This document shows positions 37,835-48,564 of a stretch of DNA of 64,000 bases, in pieces (positions within the stretch are counted from its first letter, which is position 1; every line of letters begins with the position of its first letter). Origin of the DNA: Candidatus Saccharimonadota bacterium (GTDB taxonomy: Bacteria; Patescibacteriota; Saccharimonadia; Saccharimonadales; Saccharimonadaceae); NCBI GenBank assembly GCA_013333135.2, contig JABCPJ020000004.1:11485-75484 (forward strand), in the 5' to 3' direction. The notes under the pieces are model-generated. The model ran no database searches. It worked only from the letters and a program-made list of their open reading frames with translations, and had not been told where the DNA came from. A program made the translations under genes and the position numbers.

Positions 37835-39046
37835 CTATTTCTGAATTTGCGACACCAATTGATAAATTGGCATAAGCACACCTGCAATAATCACCGCCAC
37901 CATCAAAGCCATGATCACCAACATAATTGGTTCAATCAATGTCGAAATTGTATTAATTTGCTGATCTAATTCGTCTTCATAGACGTTCGCTGCCTTACCC
38001 AGCATTTCATCAATTTTACCAGATTCTTCACCAATTGCCGCCATTTGTGGCAGTAATGGCAAAATATAATCTAGTTCCTTCAGCGATGCCGATAGTGTCT
38101 TACCCTGCTTCACTTTTTCCGAAACTTCCTTGATTTCTTCTTCCATCACCAAGTTATTAATTGCTTCTGCTGAAATTGCCAAAGTATCCTGAATCGACAC
38201 GCCCGTCGAAAGCAAGTTTTCCGCCGTGCGCGCAAAACGTCCATTATACAGACGCCAAAACATCGATTTAAAAACCGGAATATTTAATTTAATCCTCGCC
38301 AAAATATGTCGTCCGCTATCCGTACGCACGAATTGGAAGACAAAGTAAATCATAAGGCCAATCACAATCGTCACCAGCCACCACATATTCACCAAGAAGT
38401 TCGTTTGCTCCACCAATAACTTGGTAATCAACGGCAAATCCTTCCCCAGGTCATGATAAAGTTGTTGCACCTGTGGCACCACTGCAATCACCATGAAGAT
38501 TAACACCGCAATAATTACCGCCAGCACAATCGCCGGATAAGTCAAAGAGTTTTTAATTCGCATCACCATCGCATGGTCTTTTTCTTGCTGGTCAGCTAGT
38601 CGCCTCAGAGATTTATCCAGCGTACCAGAAGATTCACCAGCTTTTAAAAGTGCCAAATAAATTCGGTTAAATACCTCGGGAAATTTCCCACAGGCCTGCG
38701 TCAAACTTTTACCCGCTTCCACGTCCGCCAAAATTGATTCCGTCACCCGGCGCATTGGCTTACTCTCCGTTTGCTCAATCAAAACTCTTAAAGAGTTCGA
38801 AAGTGGCAAACCTGCCCCAATCAAAGTCGAAAATTGTCTCGTGAAAACGATTTTATCCTTCGTGGTAACTTTGTTTTTAAATTTATCAAAAAAACTATCA
38901 CCCGAAGTATCTTCCGTCACCGTGTCAGGCGTGTAGCCGCGCTCAATCAAGAGCTTACCAGCCGCACGTTCATTCTCTGCCTGAATTACACCCTTAATAA
39001 TTGCACCCGACTTACTATCGCGGGCCTTATAAATATATCGGTTCAT
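37835..39046 (-). CDS. pilC: Type IV pilus platform protein PilC
   Basis: FTRQFSTLIGAGLPL; GESSGTL; YPAIV; GEESG; LIEP. Confidence 0.93.
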   Translation of the reverse strand: MNRYIYKARDSKSGAIIKGVIQAENERAAGKLLIERGYTPDTVTEDTSGDSFFDKFKNKVTTKDKIVFTRQFSTLIGAGLPLSNSLRVLIEQTESKPMRRVTESILADVEAGKSLTQACGKFPEVFNRIYLALLKAGESSGTLDKSLRRLADQQEKDHAMVMRIKNSLTYPAIVLAVIIAVLIFMVIAVVPQVQQLYHDLGKDLPLITKLLVEQTNFLVNMWWLVTIVIGLMIYFVFQFVRTDSGRHILARIKLNIPVFKSMFWRLYNGRFARTAENLLSTGVSIQDTLAISAEAINNLVMEEEIKEVSEKVKQGKTLSASLKELDYILPLLPQMAAIGEESGKIDEMLGKAANVYEDELDQQINTISTLIEPIMLVIMALMVAVIIAGVLMPIYQLVSQIQK

Positions 39047-40197
39047 TAGGCGCCTTTCACAATCCTTTCAAATTCACGTACGTCCACCGCATATTCTCTT
39101 GCACTATCATAAGTCACCGTTCCCTGTTGGACTAATTTCGCCAAGGTGCGATCCATGGTTTGCATCCCCTCGGAGGCACCAGTTTGAATTGCCGTATCCA
39201 GTTGGTGAGTTTTACCTTCACGAATAATTGAACGAATTGCTGTGTTCGCCACCATAATTTCTGCCGCACAAACACGACCACCACCAATCGCTGGCACTAG
39301 ACGCTGCGAACAAACCGCCATCAAAATCCCCGCCAGCTGTGAACGAATTTGCGGTTGTTGTTCTGCTGGGAACACGTCAATCATACGATCCACCGATTGC
39401 GCCGCTGAGTTGGTATGTAGTGTCGCGAACACCAAGTGACCAGTTTCTGCAATTGTAATCGCCGCACTAATCGTTTCAAGGTCACGCATCTCACCGAGTA
39501 GCACCACATCTGGGTCTTCACGTAGAGCCGATTTTAATGCCCGACTAAACGAGTATGTATCGTAATGCACTTCACGTTGTGCCACCAAACTTCGCTTCGA
39601 TTTATGTGTAAACTCAATCGGATCTTCAATTGTCAAAATATGCACCGATTTTTCACTATTGATCTTATTAATAATTGCTGCCAGTGTGGTCGATTTACCA
39701 GAACCAGTTGGCCCTGTCACTAAGACCAAACCACGTGGATAATCCGCAAAACCCGAAATCACCTGTGGCATACCCAATTCTTCAATCGTTGGCATCTTGG
39801 TCGGAATCAAACGAAATGCTGCCGCGAGGTGTCCTTTTTCATTAAAAGCGTTCACACGAAAACGTGCAATCTCTCCAAAAGCAAATGAATAATCAAATTC
39901 CTTATCTTTCGCCAAAGTTTCACGTTGCATCGAGTCCAAAGTCGAGAAAATCAAAGTGTCGACAATTTCCGTCGTTAAAATTGGCGTATTTGGAATTGGC
40001 ACCAGTGAACCATCAATACGTAAGATTGGTGGCAATCCCACCTGAATATGCAAATCTGAAGCCCCGTGCTTAATACAAGCCTCTAATAATGTTTCAATTT
40101 TCACCGAAGTTGGCACGGCAGTTGGTGATGAAGCGGCTGCGGCTGCCTGTGCTGCGGCTGCTGAGCGTACGCTCGTCTGTGCTTGATTTTCTTGCAT
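39046..40197 (-). CDS. pilT: Type IV pilus retraction ATPase PilT
   Basis: GPTGSGKSTT; ALREDPD; GHLVFATLH; AIRSIIRE. Confidence 0.95.
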   Translation of the reverse strand: MQENQAQTSVRSAAAAQAAAAASSPTAVPTSVKIETLLEACIKHGASDLHIQVGLPPILRIDGSLVPIPNTPILTTEIVDTLIFSTLDSMQRETLAKDKEFDYSFAFGEIARFRVNAFNEKGHLAAAFRLIPTKMPTIEELGMPQVISGFADYPRGLVLVTGPTGSGKSTTLAAIINKINSEKSVHILTIEDPIEFTHKSKRSLVAQREVHYDTYSFSRALKSALREDPDVVLLGEMRDLETISAAITIAETGHLVFATLHTNSAAQSVDRMIDVFPAEQQPQIRSQLAGILMAVCSQRLVPAIGGGRVCAAEIMVANTAIRSIIREGKTHQLDTAIQTGASEGMQTMDRTLAKLVQQGTVTYDSAREYAVDVREFERIVKGA

Positions 40198-40241
40198 ATT
40201 TACCTCTTATCTTTATTTTACCATAAACTTTTTTATCTTCA

Positions 40242-41993
40242 CTACGCCAAATCTGATGCTACGCGGTTCACCTCACTTACGGTCGTCACTCCGGTCAGCG
40301 CCTTCAGCATTCCATCTTGTCGCATCGTCAAAGTCCCTTTCTCCTTCGCTAGTTGCATAATTTCCGAGGACGTTGCGCGTTTCACAATCATTTTCTGAAT
40401 ATCATCATCAATTTCAATCGTTTCATAAAGACCCGCACGCCCCTTATATCCGCCTGGTGTTTCCCTTTCATCAATTCCCCGCATCATCGAGTAACCATTC
40501 GGATTCACCACCGGCAGTCCCGGATAACCCAAATCTTCCGAAACCATCGCCACTTGTTCTTGGCTCTGTGGTAATAATTTTGCCACCAAATCATTAATCT
40601 GCTTAGTTTCCATTTCTGTCGAATGCACCACTTCTCGTTTCGGCGCCACACGCCTCACTAGACGCTGACCGATTACCGTGTTTAAGGTCGAAGCTAAAAG
40701 AAATGGCTCAATCCCCATATCCAGAAGCCTTGGCAAAATACCTGCCGCCGAGTTGGTGTGCAAAGTCGAAAATACTAAGTGTCCAGTTAGCGAGGCCTGC
40801 ACCGCCAAGTTCGCTGTTTCCGCATCACGAATTTCCCCCACCATTACTACATCTGGGTCTTGACGCAAAATACTACGCAAGCCCGCCGCAAAAGTCAGAC
40901 CCGCATCCACATTCACCTGAATTTGGTTCACCCCGTCCATCTTATATTCGACCGGATCTTCTAGGGTCACGATATTAATTTTGTCGGATTTAATTCTTTT
41001 AATCAAAGCATAAAGTGTGGTCGACTTACCAGAACCGGTCGGACCAGAAGTCAAAATCATACCATTCGGACGTTCGATTCCCCGCTGCACCATCGCCAGC
41101 GCATGCCCCGTCATACCCATCTGTTCAATGTCGAGCGTCGTGCCACTCTTATCCAAAATACGAATCACTACCTGCTCACCCCAAATCACCGGTGAAACCG
41201 CGATACGCAAATCGATTTCCGTACCTTCCACCGACACTGTAAACTGACCGTCTTGTGGTACGCGGTGTTCATCAATTTTCAAGTTCGCTAAAATCTTAAT
41301 TCTTGAAACCAAAGCCGGCTCAATCGATTTCGGCAATTCCATCACCTTACGCAACACACCATCGATACGACAACGTACTACTAGTGCCGCCTCTAGTGGT
41401 TCGATGTGAATATCCGAAGCCTTTGTCTTCGTCGCATAATCTAAAATTGTAGTCAAAGCTTTCGAAATTGGTGAATCCTGCGTAATAGTTTTTACACTCG
41501 AAGAATTCGCATCTTCCTCGTCGCTACTTTTAACCGCTTTTTCTACCGCGCGAAAATCCCCCTGATACTGAGAAATCGCACTTTTAATCCCCGCTTCACT
41601 GGCCACCATGCCGCGAATTTGCTTCTGCGTCAAAGTCGAAAGATAATCAATCTGCTGCACGTTCGACACATCCAGCATCGCCACATAAAGCACCCCGTTC
41701 TTCTCCCCTAGCGGCACCACCATTAATCTCGAAACTACATCATAAGGCAGCAAAGTCAAAATCTCGCGATCCATTTTCACGTTATGCAAACTCACATACG
41801 GCACATTCATAATTACCGCCGTCGCATGCGAAATTGTTTCCGCGTCGCAAATTTTTTGTGCTACCAAATTAGCCAGTAGTGGCTGCTTACGTTTTTCTGC
41901 CTCTTCTACTACCCTTTTTACATCCGACTCAAAAACCAACCCTTCTTTAATCAAGAGCTGAATTACCTTTTCTTGCGAGTCATGTGTAAACAA
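40242..41993 (-). CDS. pilB: Type IV pilus assembly ATPase PilB/GspE (TTG start)
   Basis: ASDIHIEP; RVPQDG; GPTGSGKSTT; LRQDPD; GYKGR. Confidence 0.93.
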   Translation of the reverse strand: MFTHDSQEKVIQLLIKEGLVFESDVKRVVEEAEKRKQPLLANLVAQKICDAETISHATAVIMNVPYVSLHNVKMDREILTLLPYDVVSRLMVVPLGEKNGVLYVAMLDVSNVQQIDYLSTLTQKQIRGMVASEAGIKSAISQYQGDFRAVEKAVKSSDEEDANSSSVKTITQDSPISKALTTILDYATKTKASDIHIEPLEAALVVRCRIDGVLRKVMELPKSIEPALVSRIKILANLKIDEHRVPQDGQFTVSVEGTEIDLRIAVSPVIWGEQVVIRILDKSGTTLDIEQMGMTGHALAMVQRGIERPNGMILTSGPTGSGKSTTLYALIKRIKSDKINIVTLEDPVEYKMDGVNQIQVNVDAGLTFAAGLRSILRQDPDVVMVGEIRDAETANLAVQASLTGHLVFSTLHTNSAAGILPRLLDMGIEPFLLASTLNTVIGQRLVRRVAPKREVVHSTEMETKQINDLVAKLLPQSQEQVAMVSEDLGYPGLPVVNPNGYSMMRGIDERETPGGYKGRAGLYETIEIDDDIQKMIVKRATSSEIMQLAKEKGTLTMRQDGMLKALTGVTTVSEVNRVASDLA

Positions 41994-42004
41994 AATCTTT
42001 TCCT

Positions 42005-42508
42005 TTAATTTTCTTTCTTAGTTTCCGAAGTTTTATCCGTCGAAGTTGAACTATTTCCGGAAGTTTTATCTGAAGCTTCATTTTTCGATTTATTTTCGCC
42101 CTCAGAGGTTTTATCTGAATCTGCCTTCGTCTTAGAATCTTCATTTTCATCGTCAGAAGTTTTTTCGGTTTCTTCTTTTTTCTTCTCTTCGGCTTTTTCT
42201 TTCTTTTCTTCCTCTGCCGCAGTTTCTGGTGTAGCACGACCACAAGCCACTAATTCGGCGCGGTCCAAAATTCCGTTACGGTCCACATCTTCACAACTAC
42301 CCACGTAAACTTCTACCGTTGGATTAATCGCATCCACATTGAAGACTTCCGGATCAGGACTTGTCAAATCTGCCGTAATTTTACCAATCGTCTTATGTTT
42401 CAAATAACGCGTATCTGGATCGCCCAGCAAGAAACTACAAGCGATAAATGTTAGTAAGACCCCCACGCTAGCTACAAAAGTTACCGTGAAGATGTCTGAA
42501 CGTCTCAT
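42005..42508 (-). CDS. Pilus-operon membrane-anchored protein with EF-hand-like loop
   Basis: N-terminal TM; CEDVDRNGILDRAELVAC; K/E/S/T-rich tail. Confidence 0.7.
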   Translation of the reverse strand: MRRSDIFTVTFVASVGVLLTFIACSFLLGDPDTRYLKHKTIGKITADLTSPDPEVFNVDAINPTVEVYVGSCEDVDRNGILDRAELVACGRATPETAAEEEKKEKAEEKKKEETEKTSDDENEDSKTKADSDKTSEGENKSKNEASDKTSGNSSTSTDKTSETKKEN

Positions 42509-43491
42509 TTCTCGTCCTCCTTTTCCTGCTTTTTCTTTTCTTCTTCCGCCTGCTTCTTGGCTTTCTCTTCTGCCTTCTTCTTTGCTGCCGCGTCTGCCTT
42601 ATCTTTCGATTCCTGCGTACGAGCCTTACCCGAAGCATAAACTGTCGAATCTTTTTCACGCACCGCCGCACCCTTCGTATAGTAAGCTGCGCCTTGAGCA
42701 GTTAATTCAAGTCTCGAAGATTTGGTGGTTAAATTCGAACTCCATTTAATCTGTGCACTTTCAATATTGAATGAACGAATTGATTTTTCCAAGTTCGCGA
42801 GCACTTTCATCGTATCTTTTTCGTCTTTCTTTACCGAAATCGAAACTGGAATGGTTGAGACACCGACAATTCCACTATTCTTATAAGAATTTCCTGGCGA
42901 CAATTGTTCTGGTTCAAATCCTGATAGTAAGAAAATCTGGTTAATTGAAGCTAAAAGTGCCTCATCATTTTTCTGTGCTGGCAACGCATCAGGAATTACC
43001 CTTAGAGCCGAACACATCTTAATCATATTGAGATTGTAAGCTTTTTCGTTATCGGTTTTTGAATTCAAATACAGTTTCGAATAATCGATACGATTTTTAT
43101 TTTCATCAAAACAGCTCTTCTGGCCATCCCTAGCAATCGATTCCAAATTCGTATTATTCGCCATTGTCACCAAAGCGTTGTAACGCAAAGTATTAGCTAA
43201 TTTCGAAACGTCCACCTTGTTTGGATCACATTTCGCCAGTTCTTTGTCGTTATATTTACCATCCTTATCCGTATCTTCACAAATACCGACATTCTTAATC
43301 GTCTGGTAATAATTATTGATGGAAGTATCTCGCGCCGCAATTACCTTGCCATTAAAACTCATGTATTTAATGAAGTAAACTGAAAGCACCAAGCAAACCC
43401 CGAAACAGACCGAAGCTGCCAAAACAATCAAGGTAATTTGTTGCCTAATTTTATTAATTCGTACGCGTTTTGTTAAAATTAATTCACTCAT
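42505..43491 (-). CDS. PilO-like protein with EF-hand-like loop
   Basis: Follows the pilM and pilN-like genes; TM; DALP; LANLEKSIR; CEDTDKDGKYNDKELAKC. Confidence 0.65.
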   Translation of the reverse strand: MSELILTKRVRINKIRQQITLIVLAASVCFGVCLVLSVYFIKYMSFNGKVIAARDTSINNYYQTIKNVGICEDTDKDGKYNDKELAKCDPNKVDVSKLANTLRYNALVTMANNTNLESIARDGQKSCFDENKNRIDYSKLYLNSKTDNEKAYNLNMIKMCSALRVIPDALPAQKNDEALLASINQIFLLSGFEPEQLSPGNSYKNSGIVGVSTIPVSISVKKDEKDTMKVLANLEKSIRSFNIESAQIKWSSNLTTKSSRLELTAQGAAYYTKGAAVREKDSTVYASGKARTQESKDKADAAAKKKAEEKAKKQAEEEKKKQEKEDEK

Positions 43492-43502
43492 TTTTACCTT
43501 CT

Positions 43503-45008
43503 TTAATTGTTTGTTCCTGCTGAAGTTTTTTGCCCCACACATTCCGCATCATCTTTTGCACAATCCTTCGCTGGTGCTGCGAACATACCTTCCACTTGGA
43601 GATAAGAGTCGGTTACGTTTTGACCTGAAGGGCCGAATGTCAAAATGTGTTTATTAGTAAACTTGAAAAGTTCTGGGTCCACATTAATAATTGTCGAGAA
43701 GCGCAAAACTAGATTAGAGCTTGAATCACGACCGTTCGAAGAATCCGTCACACGAATACCGTTTGGCACCATCTTACATTTATTTTCCGCTGACCATTTC
43801 ACATTATCACCGTTCTTTTCGCCCTTATAAGTAATACAGCTACTTTCGAAGTGAGGCACGCTAGAAATTTTACCGTCCAATCCCATCGAAGGTGTATAGA
43901 TGTAATTTTTCACATTCTTAATTTTTTGCGTGCGAGTCTTCACACCATTCACTTCTGATTCCGAAACTTCTGCGTTAGTATCAAGCGTATCTTGAATTCC
44001 GTCATCCGCCGTACGCATTTTTTCGTGCTTATACCAAAGATCAAATAGTGGGCTACGCCAAATCTTTTCGTCTGGAATAATCGTCTGAATATCTGTCTTG
44101 ACCACATCGCCATTATTCTCTACATTGCCACTCTTTTCCGTATTTTCCACATGCTCGACGTCGTCCGAAACATTTGATTTGGCTTTTACTTTACCAAAAT
44201 CACTCTTTAAGTTTGTGTTCGAAACGTTCGAATTATTATTTGACTGAGTCAAAGCTGATTTCTTTTGATGATCATTTCGTGAAGGATCACAATCTGTTAG
44301 ACCGCGCTTCCAAATCGCATAAGTATTGCCATTATCGGTCAAAATATTACCCGCCGCATCCGTTTCCTCGATACAACGTGATGGAATCAAATTCCCCTGT
44401 GCATCCACGTAACGACCATAATCATATTTCATCAAATTCACTGATTTCTTAAATGATTCCAGTACGCGGTAATCAATGTATGGTTCTTCCCCCGCATTTG
44501 CTTGCGCATCAAAATTTATCGTCGAAGTCGAAAGATTTACATTCAAATCCGAAATTTTAATCGTGTCTTTATTGGTTGGAAAAAGATTTTTTAACACCGG
44601 AAAAACTCGCGATAACACTGAACGATTATCGTTAATCGATTTCAATTTTGCTAATTGATCTTGGATATTTAAGAAATCTGGTAATTCTGAATATTGGTTA
44701 ATTGTATTTGAAAGATTCTCGATGTGCTTTCCCTGACTTGCAATTGTCAAATCCTGGGCGCCCTTAAAAATCGCCAAAAACGCCGTAAACACCGATGAAG
44801 CAATAATCACCACCACACAACCAAACACAATCATGTTGCGTAGCTTCATTAACTTCAACATATCCGTCTTGATATCTGGCACCAAGTTAATTTCATATTT
44901 ACCAGTTTGCCCCGTCATCATTTCATTATCGGTTTCACCAGTAAAAATACTTTTAATGACATCAGGAATATCAGAAAGATGCATGGTTTTAAAATCGATT
45001 TTTTTCAT
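43503..45008 (-). CDS. PilN-like protein with large insertions
   Basis: EINLVP followed by TM and coiled coil; follows pilM. Confidence 0.7.
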   Translation of the reverse strand: MKKIDFKTMHLSDIPDVIKSIFTGETDNEMMTGQTGKYEINLVPDIKTDMLKLMKLRNMIVFGCVVVIIASSVFTAFLAIFKGAQDLTIASQGKHIENLSNTINQYSELPDFLNIQDQLAKLKSINDNRSVLSRVFPVLKNLFPTNKDTIKISDLNVNLSTSTINFDAQANAGEEPYIDYRVLESFKKSVNLMKYDYGRYVDAQGNLIPSRCIEETDAAGNILTDNGNTYAIWKRGLTDCDPSRNDHQKKSALTQSNNNSNVSNTNLKSDFGKVKAKSNVSDDVEHVENTEKSGNVENNGDVVKTDIQTIIPDEKIWRSPLFDLWYKHEKMRTADDGIQDTLDTNAEVSESEVNGVKTRTQKIKNVKNYIYTPSMGLDGKISSVPHFESSCITYKGEKNGDNVKWSAENKCKMVPNGIRVTDSSNGRDSSSNLVLRFSTIINVDPELFKFTNKHILTFGPSGQNVTDSYLQVEGMFAAPAKDCAKDDAECVGQKTSAGTNN

Positions 45009-46054
45009 TAGTCATTGCTCCTTTCTGCCAGACCGATCGCCACTCCGAATTCCGAGGCTACTGGAAGTAGTAATTTTTGTTGCTGCTCATTAACACGTAC
45101 ATATTGCCATGGATTACCCTGAATCGTCGAAATACCCGTCTTCGCTTCAATATATTCTGCCATAAGCGGAATAATTCCCGCATATCCCGAAAGAATAATT
45201 CCGCCAAATTGCGCACCAGTATATTTGTTCTGAAAGAAACGCACCGACTTCACTAATTCCATCGTAAAGCCTTCCAAGTTACTCGAAAGCGTTTGATAAA
45301 TTTTCCCCTCGAATTGATCCTGCAAAAGTCCATACTGCAAAATAAACTGTTTTGCCTGTGCTTCCGAAATCGACAGTCCATTCGCTACAGTTTTAATAAA
45401 AGCCGAAAGTCCACCGGGAATCGAGCGCACTAATCTTGGTGCTCCTAGATACATCACTACGAGATCCGTCGAATTTTCTCCAAAATCGATAATCATCCGC
45501 GCATCTTCCACCCCAATCTGCGCCAACGCTCTCACCATCGCAATTGGTTCTGGCTCCTGCGCAATCACATTTAACCCCAACATTTCGATATCTTCGAGTC
45601 TTTCTTCTGCGTAGGCGCGATCTGTGGATGAAATCAAAATTTCCGCCTTCGTATTATCGTTAGGCGATACTCCAAGCACGGCAAAATCAATCTTCGCATC
45701 ATCCACTGCCATCGGAATATACTGGTCAGCTTCGTACTTTACGGTTTTCGCTAATTCTTTCTCTGGTGCATTTGGTACTTCAATAATTGCTGTGTAAGTT
45801 TTACGCGCCGGCAAGCCAATTGCGATATTTTTGGTAGTAATACCCGCCTGCTTTTTTGCACCCAAAATCGTTTCGGCCAGTTTTCTACGACCCTGTTCCG
45901 AATCATCCATCGTAATTTTTTTATCCACCGGCACATAAGCAAACTTTTCCAGTGCCCAACCCTTCTCAACATCGCCCGATAATTGAATCATGCGAATTGA
46001 GTTGGTTCCAATATCCAATGCGAAGAAATCGCCCACACCACGTAATAGACTCAT
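45008..46054 (-). CDS. pilM: Type IV pilus assembly protein PilM
   Basis: LDIGTNSIR; EADQYIP; IDFG; LSG; VAIGLA. Confidence 0.92.
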   Translation of the reverse strand: MSLLRGVGDFFALDIGTNSIRMIQLSGDVEKGWALEKFAYVPVDKKITMDDSEQGRRKLAETILGAKKQAGITTKNIAIGLPARKTYTAIIEVPNAPEKELAKTVKYEADQYIPMAVDDAKIDFAVLGVSPNDNTKAEILISSTDRAYAEERLEDIEMLGLNVIAQEPEPIAMVRALAQIGVEDARMIIDFGENSTDLVVMYLGAPRLVRSIPGGLSAFIKTVANGLSISEAQAKQFILQYGLLQDQFEGKIYQTLSSNLEGFTMELVKSVRFFQNKYTGAQFGGIILSGYAGIIPLMAEYIEAKTGISTIQGNPWQYVRVNEQQQKLLLPVASEFGVAIGLAERSND

Positions 46055-46099
46055 ATAGCCTTATTATAACATAAGCGAAATAGAAATTTTTATTTTTTC

Positions 46100-47014
46100 C
46101 TACAAGATTTCAATTGTTTTGTCACTCTTCGAAAAACTAATTTCCTGCACTACTAAATCTTTATATTCCCCCTCCGATTGAATAAAAATTCTCTGTTTTT
46201 CCTCAAAATGAATCGTCTTTTCTTTTAATTTCCTACCCGGAATTCCGCTAAACATTGCCTGCAACATAAAAAACACCATGGCAAAAAAATTATTCAAACG
46301 CTGTTCCGTATAGAGAAAAGTTTCCCCCAAATAATATTCCCCACCTTTCATCAATCTCGCCACGTTTTTCCCGTTCACCACCAAAATATCCGAATATTTT
46401 TGACCATCGATCGTAATGTAATCTTTTTTACGATTCACAAAAAACCACATCAAAAGTGTCTTCAAAGAAAAGATTAAATTAAATTTCGATTTTCTTAATT
46501 TCCTACGCACTTTTTCGTCATCAAAAATTTTCGTCGATTCCGCCATCATCCCCACCGTAAAATACGCCAAAGCGTAACGAAAATACTTCCCATCCACCAA
46601 GGCTTCAATCGGATAAACTTTTTTACCCGAATTTGATCGTAAAATCTGAATAATATCATTAAAATTCCCGTACGGAATCACATAGAATTTCGCATCCTTA
46701 CCAGATTGCATAATTCCGTTCACCCCAATTCCTGCCGTGCCATCACCACCAGCCACTAGCACCACGTCTCCATCCCCAATTAGATTCGCCAGTCTCTTCG
46801 CATTTTCTTCCAAAGTCGGCGACTCCACATCGAAGCGCAAAAAAGTAATTCCCTTCTGCTGCAAAATGAATTCTCGAAGTGTTGTCACCACTTCTTTTTC
46901 CACGCGTTTATAACCGGTACTTTTACGGTTACAAACTAAAATCACTCGCGTTCTCGTCCCCGCGAGCGCAGCCAAACGTTCTCTAATATGTTCCAGATCG
47001 GCTTTTTTCGACAT
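46100..47014 (-). CDS. Diacylglycerol kinase-family protein
   Basis: NRKS; AGGDGT; IPYGNFND; QSEGE. Confidence 0.8.
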   Translation of the reverse strand: MSKKADLEHIRERLAALAGTRTRVILVCNRKSTGYKRVEKEVVTTLREFILQQKGITFLRFDVESPTLEENAKRLANLIGDGDVVLVAGGDGTAGIGVNGIMQSGKDAKFYVIPYGNFNDIIQILRSNSGKKVYPIEALVDGKYFRYALAYFTVGMMAESTKIFDDEKVRRKLRKSKFNLIFSLKTLLMWFFVNRKKDYITIDGQKYSDILVVNGKNVARLMKGGEYYLGETFLYTEQRLNNFFAMVFFMLQAMFSGIPGRKLKEKTIHFEEKQRIFIQSEGEYKDLVVQEISFSKSDKTIEIL

Positions 47015-47015
47015 T

Positions 47016-47417
47016 TTAATTCCCGTTGCCGTAGATACCACCAGGCAATAGGAAGTTCAAAATTCCCCACATCAAAGCATAAACCAAAAGTCCAATCACA
47101 ATTTGCATTGCGCGATCCTTCGCTGTTTTGATTTTTCCTGGATCATTTTGTGAAGTCATATAAAGAAAACCGACATAGGTAAAACCCGCTACTGCACCCA
47201 CGCCAACCCCGTAAGTTAGAATATTCACTACGCTACCAATAATCGAAAAGAAAGCCTCTTCGCTGTCCGAAGTTCCACATTTAATAATCGCGGTTGGCAC
47301 ACCACAGTCTTCTCCCTCCGCGAATACTCTAGTCACCGGCAAAAAAGCCACCATTGACACGCAAAAAATCGCGAGAACTGGTAGCAAATTTAATAATTTT
47401 TGACAAAAATTTTTCAT
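47016..47417 (-). CDS. VirB2/TrbC-like CPR pilin
   Basis: Signal peptide; Cys pair; GFLYMTSQNDPGKIKTAK..IVIGL. Confidence 0.75.
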   Translation of the reverse strand: MKNFCQKLLNLLPVLAIFCVSMVAFLPVTRVFAEGEDCGVPTAIIKCGTSDSEEAFFSIIGSVVNILTYGVGVGAVAGFTYVGFLYMTSQNDPGKIKTAKDRAMQIVIGLLVYALMWGILNFLLPGGIYGNGN

Positions 47418-47486
47418 TACTTTCATTATAGCGTATCTTGTGATTTTCGCACAGTTTCCCGTCCGAAAATCACCCGCTCCCCTATT

Positions 47487-48491
47487 TTAATGTAAATATT
47501 CGTGCAATTTTTTCGTATCTTTGTGCTTACGAAGCTTAGACAAAGCCTTCGCCTCAATCTGACGAATACGTTCACGCGTCACAGAAAATTCCGCGCCTAC
47601 TTCTTCCAAAGTATGTGGACGACCCCCACCGATACCGAAACGTAGTTTCACTACTTTTTGTTCACGTTCCGAAAGGCTGGAAAGAATTTCCGCAATTTGC
47701 TCTTTCAACATCTGTGCGGCTGCTGCATCTTCCGGTGACACGCGACCTTCATCTTCGATAAAATCACCGAGTACCGAGTCTTCGCCATCACCATCGCGAC
47801 CTACCGTCGCATCAAGCGAAGCAATATCTTGCTTAATCTTCATCACGTAGTCGACTTTTTCTGGTTCCATGCCCATTTCTTTGGCAATTTCTTCTACTGA
47901 CGGCTCACGGTTCAGTTCATTCGTTAACTTACGAGTCGCACGCAGCACCTTGTTAATCGTTTCCACCATATGTACTGGAATACGAATCGTTCTCGCTTGA
48001 TCAGCAATCGCACGCGTAATCGCTTGGCGAATCCACCAAGTTGCATAAGTCGAAAACTTGAAACCCTTATCCGGATCAAACTTCTCTACCGCACGCAAAA
48101 GCCCCGTGTTTCCCTCTTGAATCAAATCCAAAAAGTCCAAACCGCGACCCGAATAACGTTTCGCAATCGAAACCACTAGACGCATATTGGCTTCCACCAT
48201 TTTATCTTTGGCTTTTTTCTCACCTTTCACGATACGATAAGCTAAATCCACTTCTTCTTCATTTGAAAGTAGTGGAATCTTACCAATTTCACGCAAATAT
48301 AAACGCACCGAGTCATCCGCGAACTGGTCTACGTTCTCTGCTGTAATCTCGAGATCTTCATCCGTCAGATCATCTTCCGAGACTAAATCATCATATTCTG
48401 GCTCTGGCGCACCATCCAAGCTAAAGGAGTTGAGGAGCTCTTCTTCCTCATTAATCTTGTTCTTATCTTTTTCCACGACATTTTTTCCCAT
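47487..48491 (-). CDS. rpoD: RNA polymerase sigma factor RpoD
   Basis: [41 protein letters not shown]. Confidence 0.97.
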   Translation of the reverse strand: MGKNVVEKDKNKINEEEELLNSFSLDGAPEPEYDDLVSEDDLTDEDLEITAENVDQFADDSVRLYLREIGKIPLLSNEEEVDLAYRIVKGEKKAKDKMVEANMRLVVSIAKRYSGRGLDFLDLIQEGNTGLLRAVEKFDPDKGFKFSTYATWWIRQAITRAIADQARTIRIPVHMVETINKVLRATRKLTNELNREPSVEEIAKEMGMEPEKVDYVMKIKQDIASLDATVGRDGDGEDSVLGDFIEDEGRVSPEDAAAAQMLKEQIAEILSSLSEREQKVVKLRFGIGGGRPHTLEEVGAEFSVTRERIRQIEAKALSKLRKHKDTKKLHEYLH

Positions 48492-48564
48492 TGCACCAAT
48501 TTATATCACAAAAAATCAAACACGTCAAAATCTCTCCCTTGATTTTCTGTTTCTTCCCCTTTCT

